Shown piece by piece: positions 36,947 to 48,900 of a stretch of 64,000 nt of DNA. The notes below the pieces were generated by a model. The model had not been told where the DNA came from, searched no databases, and saw only the letters and a list, made by a program, of their open reading frames with translations. The stretch is from Ylistrum balloti. Its lineage: Eukaryota. The translations under genes and the position numbers were made by a program. The stretch spans positions 124,001-188,000 of the forward strand of contig NW_026782172.1 of NCBI RefSeq assembly GCF_031769215.1. The letters are read 5' to 3'. Position 1 is the stretch's first letter. Every line of letters starts with the position of its first letter.

Positions 36947-39900
36947 CTGAAATATCAGTGTCAAAAGTAGCACATCACTTCAAATGTAGCCTTTGTTTCA
37001 TCTTATAAAGAACAACACGACAATATCGACACAAGTTAGATATTTACTTAATGAAGAAAAGTAAAGTGAACATATTGTGCGTATAGAATACTAGAGAAAT
37101 AAAAGTCGGACTCCGATGTCAATTATTTACATCTATTTGTTTTGATTGTGTTGGTCATTCCTATAAAAAGTTTAATTGGAGTCTTCTGATTCCGATGTCA
37201 ATGTTTTACATCTATTTGTTTTGATTGTGAAGTGAGTAGTGAGTATTTCTACTGCTTTATGACAAGAACAAACTTAAAACAACAGGTTATATAAATATCA
37301 AATGCGGAATTTCGAAATAAAAGCCAAAAATATCTTACTTTGTTCCACTATATCCACCGCTGTGTGTTAGACCTGTGTTGCCGTTCGTCATTTCTGGTAT
37401 AATATCCGAGATGTTCCAGTTGATACTATAAGGAGTACATATCTTGATGCTTTGTCTAGGGTGATCCTTGCGAGATACAACACCAAGCAAGGGATGATTG
37501 ACTTTGTAACCATCTCGAAATGTTACGTTGTCATTCTCTAGTCTGCAGCACATCGCTCGCGCCATGTGTCCGTGATTGTAGAAAGTTCCTTTCAACCACA
37601 AGGAAATACATAGTTAAAGAATATATAACATTCATTCTTAAGATAAGAAACTACATAAAGGGAATGTACAGTCTTATCATATAACATCTATGGGAAATTT
37701 GTTTTGTGTGATATTAATCAATATTGTGACCATTCGATGTAAACTAAAACTCCAAAGGAACTCCTATTTTATAAGACAATACCAAATTACAGAATAAATA
37801 CTTAGCAGTCCATTTCAATGAAGACATGTTGTACATAATGACCAAAGGATAATATCGAGAATGAAAAACATATTGTCCTCTAGTCCTCATGATTATATCT
37901 TAAAATAAATGATAAGAGAGGACAATCGGGAATATGCACTGGAAAACATTCTGCTATCCAGAAAATGAAGGAAATCTCAGTTGTCGAAGAAATGAGCATT
38001 TTTTCGTATGTGTGTATGTGTATGTGTGTGTGTGTTTTTTTTCGGCGTTAACAGTCATGTTAATGAGGTATCTCTACCTATTGTAATGGAGCTGAAGTAT
38101 ACAGGCTTCATTAGACTGGCCAGTAGTGCCCCCTGCATTCCCAACATGTTCCACTTGCAAATCTTGTCACTGCAGGACATGACGAGCAGTCCCTCTCTGC
38201 CTCTCACTGCATCCATGGCCTGGCAATGGTGACTCACGTGCATCTTATTGGTCGGAATCTGTTCACCTTCAAGAAAAGGCAATTGTCTCTCATATCAACT
38301 TATGTGAAATAATTTTTTCGTAACAGGACCAAAAGCAGTTATAATTTTATAGCACAATATCCTAAATATTGCAATATACCAATCAACATCAGGGTAAAAA
38401 TCAGATAAAATAAAAACTTTTTACAATTGTTCCTATTGTCTTAATTAGGATGTCTTTAACTAGAAATAAGAATATCAGCATTCAATAAAAGTCTTAATTT
38501 GATTTTTTGTACTGATGTCATTTTATATAAAAAAGAGTTTTACAATTGTTAGATAATGTAAAGACATTTAATACAATGACGATGTTTGTCAACATGAAAC
38601 AATAATACAGAATGCTGTGTATTAGTCGGACCAGAATTTTTGTTAATAGGATTTTAGTATTCAAAGTCGTAAATTTGTCCCTCCACATTCACATAAAATG
38701 TATTTCGACAGTGAGGCAGTAAGGATGTGTTTGAGTGAGTTACCTTTCGTCCTCAGTCGCCCTTGTTTCTTACCGACAAATGACGGATTATGCTTTTTTA
38801 CATACAAACTGTCCGGCTCTTCTTCTGATTGGCCTGTACTGAATGTGCATGCATATATTATGAGGCAAATTCTTATTTGAGATACAAGTCAAATGATATT
38901 TTCACTATTCACTGTAAAGGCTATATTCATATAAACACAAAAATGTAAAGTTTATGAGACCCAGCAAATGATTTAAAATATGAAGAAAACAAACGTCAGA
39001 CGAAAATGATATGATTCGCATGTAATTACCTGCAGGTAAAAACTGCCCCATCACCACATGGCGCGGTTGATATGTACAGGTGAAACTTGATATCTGGAAC
39101 TACTTCTACCTTCCCCGCCTCATGTCGTTGGAGGACATAAGACTTTTCCCCTCTACTGAGTTTTGATAATTGGTCATAAAGAAACCTGTAAGTGTAAGTT
39201 TTGTAATTCAATAAAGCTATACAATAATATAATAGTAGATAGTAGCGAGCAGGCCCGGGCTTTTCTTACTTACCCGGGCTACTAAGGTATTACACCACCG
39301 TTAGGTCTGTTCTATACGTTTTTTTACTTACCCGGGCTACTAAGGTATTACACCACCGTTAGGTCTGTTCTACACGTTTTTTTACTTACCCGGGCTACTA
39401 AGGTATTACACCACCGTTAAGTCTGTTCTACACGTTTTTTTACTTACCCGGGCTACTAAGGTATTACACTGTTCTACACGTTTTTTTACTTACCCGGGCT
39501 ACTAAGTTATTACAACACGATTAGGTCTGTTCTACACGTTTTTTTACTTACCCGGGCTACTAAGGTATTACAACACCGTTAAGTCTGTTCTACACGTTTT
39601 TTTACTTACCCGGGCTACTAAGGTATTACAACACCGTTAAGTCTGTTCTACACGTTTTTTTACTTACCCGGGCTACTAAGTTATTACACCACCGCTAGGT
39701 CTGTTCTACACGTTTTTTTACTTACCCGGGCTACTAAGTTATTACAACACGATTAGGTCTGTTCTACACGTTTTTTTACTTACCCGGGCTACTAAGTTAT
39801 TACAACACGATTAGGTCTGTTCTACACGTTTTTTTACTTACCCGGGCTACTAAGGTATTACACTGTTCTACACGTTTTTTTACTTACCCGGGCTACTAAG

Positions 39901-42900
39901 GTATTACACTGTTCTACACGTTTTTTTACTTACCCGGGCTACTAAGTTATTACAACACGATTAGGTCTGTTTTACACTTTTTTTACTCACCCGGGCTACT
40001 AAGGTATTACAACACCGCTAGGTCTGTTCTATACGTTTTTTTACTTACCCGGGCTACTAATGTATTACACTGTTCTACACGTTTTTTTACTTACCCGGGC
40101 TACTAAGGTATTACAACACCGTTAGGTCTGTTCTACACGTTTTTTTACTTACCCGGGCTACTAAGGTATTACACTGTTCTACACGTTTTTTTACTTACCC
40201 GGGCTACTAAGGTTCTACACGTTTTTTACTTACCCTGGCTACTAAGTTATTACAACACGATTTTTTTTTACTTACCCGGGCTACTAACCCGGGCTACTAA
40301 CTGGTATTACAACACGATTAGGTCTGTTCTACACGTTTTTTTTACTTACCCGGGCTACTAAGGTATTACAACACGATTAGGTCTGTTCTACACGTTTTTT
40401 TTACTTACCCGGGCTACTAAGGTATTACAACACGATTAGGTCTGTTCTACACGTTTTTTTTACTTACCCGGGCTACTAAGTTATTACAACACGATTAGGT
40501 CTGTTCTACACGTTTTTTTTACTTACCCGGGCTACTAAGGTATTACAACACGATTAGGTCTGTTCTACACGGTTTTTTACTTACCCGGGCTACTACGTTA
40601 TTACACTATTCTATACGTAAAAGAAAGACATCATTAGAATTGTTAATGTTCGAACTGATTGAAAGTGGAGCAAATAATCGAAATTCATACAAAGGATAAC
40701 AAGGAAAACAGGATGATAAAAACTAGCGAATCGCACTAGTAGAGTGAGGTAAATGATGGGGAATTGATAAGAACAACTGGCCACCTGAAGAAATACAACT
40801 TGATAAGTTAAAACTAATATGGTTTGACAACAAGACTTCAACTTTTGGATACGTCAATTATGGAGGATAAATCAAACACCTGAGATTGTTAGGTGTGTTT
40901 AAAGAAAGAGTAATCGTCTATGAAAATGTATCCAAATAGACAAAAGATTGTAATACCACCGTCAACATTTCGAGATTGAACTATTACAAGATGGAAGTTT
41001 ACAGATGATGTTAATTTTATTCTAAGTGACAAATAAGAAAGCGGTTTTTTTTAGCTTACAAAATACTAGTTTAAATGGAAATGTAAGCATTGGATTTATA
41101 CTTATATTTATCAAAATACTGATGTCGGTAAATTACAGAACAACGGGAATTAACAGAAGATTGATATGGTGCCCCGTGTCATCAACATGCTTAAGGTATA
41201 TAATCCGACATTTCAGTTATTTTCATATAAAAGTAAGATTATACGTATATACGAAATTTATTTAAATATGGGACATGTGCATCTCCTCAGGTTGACTTTT
41301 ACATTTTTGCTTTTGATCACTTCTGATTTTCCAAAATCGCCTTCTGGGCTTCATGATTTTGACCATTAGCAACATTGACGATTCAAACAAGAAACAACAA
41401 CACAATACCACAACCTTAACAAAATCATAAACAATGGCAAAATGTATACAAAAGAAAGATTTACACAGAGACCCTTGAAAAATTACATGGAGAATAAGAC
41501 CAAATGTTCCGGAAGAGTAAGCGTCTCTGCACCATCGCTTACAATCGCCATGTAAACATTGTCCAATCCAAGAAAGTAATGTCGTGTTCTCAAGTGAGAA
41601 CAAGGTGTAAAATTTCAATGTCCCAATTGTGGGTCCTTGATATGAAGCGCTTATTAGACCACATCTGGAAGAGAAGGACCTATTGCACAAATATACACTT
41701 CGACATTAGCTGGGGATCATAAATGGCAGTATGAAAATTATAATAGAAATAGTTCCTTTTGAAAAAATAAACCTTGTCGTAATCCTTGCGGAATCTCTTT
41801 TTGTTTATCGAACGATGTGATACCAAGCGATACACTTAACGATACGATTGGTTAATGAGTTCTTGATTGAAAGTTTGCGTTGCCACCTTAAGCAGCGTTT
41901 GGAGGTCTATTTCTAGTAAACCATAATGCTTACGAGAATCACTGGTCTGTCAGTCAGCGAAAGAGTACAGAAAAAGAGGACAGACTTCTGAGTAGACACA
42001 CGTAAGGTTCTACATTCACCACTTCCACACATTCAGCAATGCCTACAGGCTCAGGGAACAGTGGAACATCAACGTTCAACTGACAATTGAACAATAGGCG
42101 ACATTGCTTCCGTCGACCAGTTAACGTCCTCTGTCGACTTGAAGGCGCAAACAAGCGAGATCGCAATGGGTACCTGATCGCCGGACATAGAAAATATCAG
42201 GTCTTAGCGAAGAGTCCACTGGTCTGTTTTTAACTTATTCCGACAAATAACAAGGTCCATATTTTGAGACCAAGAAATACGGTATAATATATGAATCACA
42301 TTCTGGGCACAACAGCACTGTTTTGGGATGCTTGTCTCTAATCTGTAAGCTTCGCCTGTTTAAATGGGCATACCGTGATCAGATCCTTCGACCTGCACTT
42401 GCCCAGCTTGTGATGCCCATCTATTGGGAGATTATAAGACTCTTTCATATGCGTGTATGTAGGATAGAGATATTCCACCCGAGGGTCACAAAATATGGTG
42501 AAACCCGAGGCTCTGCCGGAGTTACAAAATATGGTAAAACCCGAGGCAGAGCCTCGGGTTTCACCATATTTTGTGACCCTCGGGTGGAATATCTCTATCC
42601 TACATACACGCATATGAAAGAGTCTTTTTCTCTCATATCTTTACCAAAATTTTGGGAAAAGGACAGTCTGCCGGCCATTATCTTCATTTTTTTCATTTTT
42701 TTCATCCGAGGTTTTATAAAAAACGAACTGGATATTCTTAACGATCCTACCCATGTCAAATTTCAAACCATTTTTCTGTATATTGTAGGATGAATATATT
42801 ATTCGTAGATGAAAAAAAAAAAAAAAAAATGATCTCTGTGTGATTATATAGTATGTGTAAGTAAACATCCGCGAAAAGAAATTGTTCCGTCAAATACTTC

Positions 42901-45900
42901 AAAGAAATAAACATGGAACGGTTTTTTATAATTCAACATTTGATCATTTTAAGAAATATATCAATGTATCTTTTTACTGTTTTTACATTTTTTCAAAATA
43001 CTGTGACTCTGACGTAACATCACAATAGTCAAAGGAATACCATTCATAAATTCAAGGCGTGACGTCACACGATCTCCGATTCCGAGACGCTGTCGCTCTC
43101 GATCACCATGATTCGACGACGTTTGGGTGGTGGAACATTTGTGGTGATATTTACGGTGATTTGGCAATTTTCAATGTGAGAACCAACAAACAAGGATTCG
43201 ATACGAGTTTCAGATTGTTTCTGTGATACAGGATTGTAGGTGTTAACCGTATTTTCTTGTTGTGATGACGATGGTAAGCACACTGTGACATCAGATGTTG
43301 GCCTAGTAACTGTTGAATTTGATGAAATGGTGGCAGAGGATGGTGTTCGGTTTGATGGAATTTATTCGGAGTTTTTTTGTGTTTGACAACATATTGGAAA
43401 ACATGTATTTCTGTCTGTCATTCAGTGCTCTGTAATTATTCAGCGACTGTGTGACATAAACCTGCAATGTATCGGGTACATGGTTGTCGGTCATTTTTTG
43501 TACAAGGGATTTTCGGACGCTGTAAGAATTGTCTCCCCTGAACACAGATTACTCCGCGCACGTGTTTGCCCATGTAAGATAGAATTTTCTTACATAGCTA
43601 TCTTACATGGGCAAACTCTATCCAATATGGCGGGATATGAGAGAAAAGTATATGCTAATGGATGACCATGCTAAAGCGAGTCCGACATGTGCATGACTAT
43701 TTTCAACAAAAATTGAAAGAGACTCTCCCATAGCCTGCAACTCACCAAACATGAACCGATTTGAGCATTTGGGTGTATATCTAGTTTCTGCTTCTGGTTA
43801 ATGGTTACCAGAAGTGTGGTGGCTTTTTCAGTTATTGATCATTGTCTTACCAAATAGAACTTGTTGATTAGTCATAAGTAAATACCTGGACTGCCTTATC
43901 ATGAGACGTTATGCAGTAACGTAAATTTCTAACGAACTGTGTTTAAAGTTGTTCTGAATACCACCTTCTCATTCCTCGTGACGCTAAGATCTCAGCGTGC
44001 GAATCCATCAGCGCTTGTCCGTCTGTTCTCAGGTTTCCTTTTCTGATAGAGCGGTTCCCTTCAAAACAAATTAAATTGCGATGCATATCGTGAGACGGCC
44101 AAACTGATTAAATACCCGGATCATTCTCGATGAATCATATAAAACTACCGCTAGAGAATTTCAGACGAAAAATGAACGAAATGCCTTTCCATATCTACAG
44201 TATCTACATGATGTTTTCTAATCGTATGTTTACCCTTGTAATTACGTAATCACCAGACCAGTTTAAAAACATAACAATGATAATGATAGTCAGTACATTC
44301 GTGAGTAATGCAGGTTCTAACTGAACAAAAGTTTCAGCATAAGAATTCCAAACACTGTCAGAAATACAAGAATATAAATGTCTATTACGTGATTTATCAA
44401 AGAATGAAACTTAGTATGATGCTACCTACATTTAGCAGTCCTTTTCAGATACCAGTTGCATACAATATTTATCCTTTAATAACTAAATGTGACGCTTTTC
44501 AACGGAGAGAAAATTAATTTGTTTTGGAATGTGAAATTAAATAAAAAGACTTGTATTCTAAATCTTATCTAGAAAATAAAGCTACATATACCTGTATCCT
44601 GATAATCGGGACCTATGTCTATGATAAATTTTCAACAACCTGACAAAGACACTAATCTGAAACTTGTTTTTCATATAAGTTGCCTTTTGCAATGGATCGA
44701 AAACAGATGTCATGGTATTTTATGATCATAAATCTGTTACCCCTAAACATTTCCGGTCTTCTGAGTAGATTGTTTGAAGCGACGTCATTTTAAGTATCAA
44801 TGTATTCTTCTACTTTTAATAGGTGATGTAACGATGGAAATAAAAAGAAGAAAAAACATGTCAGCTTGTTGTAAGTTACAATCAATCCCCAAAAATGATT
44901 TAGGAGTTTAAACAAGGCTCCATGGTATTATCGTACACCCTATCATCTCGTAGGCTCATTCATTAAAAAGGTCTGACAAGCTTTCATTACGATCTATTAT
45001 AAGAACATTATAATAATAGTAATTCTGGACGCAGGCTTTTAAAGCCTATATATATCCAGATCTGAGTTATCAAGTTTCCCGAAGAAGAATAAGTTTGTTT
45101 TTGTCTATTTCATGATTGTAAATGCAATCGGAATTACTCCAATGTATATCCAATCGGAATTCAAATGTTTTGACTGTTGGTGACGTGACAACGACATCAG
45201 GAAGGGAGTTCCGGAAGTTAACCATCCGCTCACTGAAGGAGTACTTTCTCAAATTCAGTCTGCTTCTCCTTTTTAATAAAGAAAGACTGTGTCCTCGTGT
45301 TATTTTGTTAATGTTCGGGACCAGTTAACCCTCAGAGACAGCACTATCATATCCTCAATTGTTAGCTTGTATACTTGGATCATGTCTCCTCTCAATCTTC
45401 TGTGCCTCAATGATGGTAATTTAAGGATCCTCAGTCTGTTTTCATAGCTTAGGTCTTTCATTCTCGGTATTTGTTTCGTTGCTCTCCTTTGTACATTTTC
45501 CAACTCATTTATATCTTTTTGCATACAGGGATTCCATACACAGGCCCCATATTCCAGGTGCAGACGTAAAAGCGCTTTATATAATAAACAAAATGTTTTG
45601 TTGTCTAAATATGTGTACGTTCTTCGGATAGTTCCCATTATTCTATTTGCTTTGTTGACTGTAAAACAGTTGACCTTCCGTTGACGAAGCCGTATTGGTG
45701 CTTACTTAACAAATCATTATTTTCTAGATGGGTCATTATTCTTGCCCTGACGATTTTCTCCAATGCTTTACTTAGTACACTTGTTAAACTAACTGGCCTG
45801 TAGTTTCCTGGTGCCTTCGTATCCCCCTTTTTGTGTATGGCAGTTATCTGACCCTCCTTCCAGCTTTCGGGAAGTTCTCCAGATCTTAGAGAAGAGTTAA

Positions 45901-48900
45901 AGATATCACATAAGGGTGTTTTTAGTATATCAGCGGTTTCTTTAAGTACTTTGGATGAATATTTTGTTGGGTTCAATTATTTTAAAATGTTATATACTTG
46001 CAGTTCTGATATTTCAGTTTTGACGCACGGAATGTTTACGGTAAAATTGTTCAGAACTGGGATGTGGCCTTGCGGTTCAACAGTAAATTCACTCGAGAAA
46101 AAATCTGCCAATGCATTCGCCTTCTCCTTATCATTTTGAGCAACAACGGTTTCGTTTCCACGCTTGATGTGCAGATCCGGAATTCCAGATCTCGTTTTTG
46201 TTTTGGAGCTTGTATATCTTCAAAACTTCTTTGGATTTGTTTTTACTGTCTGTGCAATCTCCTGCTCCAAAATTCTTTTACATTTCCTTACTAAAGCCTT
46301 TACTTTATTTCTAACGCGGACATATTCTCTGTATTTCACACTTTCTCTTGTTTCAATGTATCTCTGCCAGCTCCTGTGTTTCCGTTTAATCGCCTTTACA
46401 GTTTGGTCATCTAGAGGATACTGTCTTTTGTTTGGTTCTCCAATGCGTCTAGGTATATGAAAAATCGCAAAAATATAGTACCGTGATCACATTTACCTAG
46501 TCCGATTCGTATTTCAATATTACTTATCATATCTTGTTCGTTTGAAAACAACAAATCTAAAATACTAGTCTCGTTATTCGCCCTTATTCTGGTTGGATTT
46601 TTGATATGCTGAAACAAATACAAAGTCTTTCACCGCTTCTAGAAATTTATATTCGTTATCCATTGGTGCCAGTCTATATTTTTAAAATTGAAGTCCCCCA
46701 TTATTAATAAATGGGATGTTTTTATTTCCCCTACATTGCTAAGAAGCGTACATAAATTAATATTATTTTCATCTGCGCTGTTAGGACTCCTGTAGAGACA
46801 TCCGATTATTAAGGCATTTCCTTTATCCAAATTGATTTTTATCCACAACTGCTCGTCAAACTTTCTCATAACTGATATTTCCGTAGGTCTTAGATTTTGT
46901 GCCGTGTATATGACGATTCCTCTCGAACCTTGGTCTTGTTTTATTTCCACTTCTATACATAATTCAGACTTGTTTATTTGGTACCTAGAGTTTTTAGGGA
47001 AAGCCTCGACTATTCCAACAATATCCAACCTCTCCTGTTTAATGATAGCTTTTAGTCCTTCAGTTTTGTTTGTAAGTGTGTCCGCGATTGTAAACATACA
47101 TCGGAGTTTATCGGCGCGTTTTATTCAGCATTTTTCACTGCCAGCCGTACGATCTTCCTGTTCCACGGCGGACCCCGTACCCGGTGTACGTATTCCCCCG
47201 TACGATCTTCCTGTTCCACGGCGGACCCCGTACCCGGTGTACGTATTCCCCAGACTCGTTCCTTTCTCTTGATTTTGCCTCCTCTCTTAAGGTAGTTTCA
47301 TCTTCCCGTTCCTTTTTAGTAAGATCGTTGCTGATCCAGATGCTGCTATATTTCTCATTGCCCTTAAGAGCAGATATATTCCTAAACAGAATTTTCTTTT
47401 TCTCTGGTGATGAAAAAGAAACCAAGATTGGCCTAAATTTGTTCTTGGATTTATCGTACTTGCCAAGTCTTATTACTTTTGCAACATTGTCCTCATATTT
47501 AACTTTGCATGTCTCTAACATCTCCCGTATTTCCTTCTCATCTGCCATTTTCCTTGCCTTTCCATCGGTATCGTTCTGTTCCTTTATGCCGAATACAACA
47601 ATGTTAGATTCCCTTGTTTTCCTCTCGTTGAGTTCTGAGATCACATCTTGCTGTGTATCTTTATCAGCAGTATTGTGCTTGGCATGCACAGATTTTCCAT
47701 CCGCTTCTTTCTTACCTCTTGTATGATGATTTCCTTAACCTGTTCCTCCTTACACTTGCTCTGTATAAGTTTCTCCAGAGATTTGATTCTTTCCTCGAAC
47801 ATCTCCGTGCACATTTTTGCTCGATTTGTATATCCGTTTGGAAATTCTTCTCCACGGTCGTAAGACAAGGAGGACAAAACCACATAGAGTCTGCTGATTT
47901 TGTAAATACGGCGTGCTTATTTTCATCCTTATTTACACATTTATTGCAGTATTGAAGGCTACATCTACGACACTTCAACGCTTTTGTTTTCGAGTCCGGT
48001 ATAACTGAGCAAACCCTGCAGCAATCTCCATCCCACGGAAGAGAGAATGGGTTTCCGGTGGCCGCTTTAGCTCCAGTCCTGCTAGAGGATCTTGTCGCGC
48101 GGGCCGCTGTGTCCTTATCCTGTTGTTTGTTTACGTCGCCATGTTTGCCGGCTAGTTGCGGCATGTTGATTTCGGCGTGTGTTGGCAATTTCATTGCTTC
48201 GAATCTAGTGAAATTTTAACCGTTGGTCGGTAGTGCCTATTGGCACGTCCCTGCCAATTTTGACTGGAATCTGTCCTTGTTTAAAGCGTTACTTTTTAAT
48301 ATTATACTCAGTGCCAAGCGGAGCTCGAGACAATCACGTCCGTTGCCATTGATGACGTCACAAAATCATATAGAAGAAACTAATCTATGTTTAGTATAAC
48401 ATTTTTCATTGTGAAATAGACAAGTTTATCTATCAAAACCAAGCATTCTGCAAACCGGAAGTATGATGAGATAACAAAGTATTTCCGGGTATAGAAATTA
48501 ATCACGAAAACGATTCCGGATATGGCTCACTTGAAAAGCCATCATTGCTTCACCATAAAGCCATGAACATGAAGGAACAAGTTTTATCATTCTGAGATAG
48601 TTAATTACACGCAGAATACATATGAATTGGTGATGTTGTCCCAAATAATGCCAGTAAATTTTTGTCCGAACATAGCACTTGTCATAAACAAGAGATTTAT
48701 ACACGAAAGTATACGTGTAATTGTGTAAAGTATTTATTTAACATTCGAACGATATGATTCAATTAAATGGATTGAATATTGAAATAACAAATAATATACA
48801 ATGGTCTGGGATACATACCAGAAGCTAGGCTGATGATTTCAAAAGTCCTGGTAATTGTAGATTCCATGACAATGCCTGCTATCACTACAGGGCCGTCAAG

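Noticed and set aside
42323-42793. Same peptide ([21 protein letters not shown]) on both strands as a gene pair
   Set aside because: A direct consequence of the 82-bp palindrome.
46832-47726. Plus-strand ORFs of 146 and 180 aa (likewise 53401-54018 and 57170-57772)
   Set aside because: They are antisense shadows of the CR1 and HERO coding regions with no domain features.
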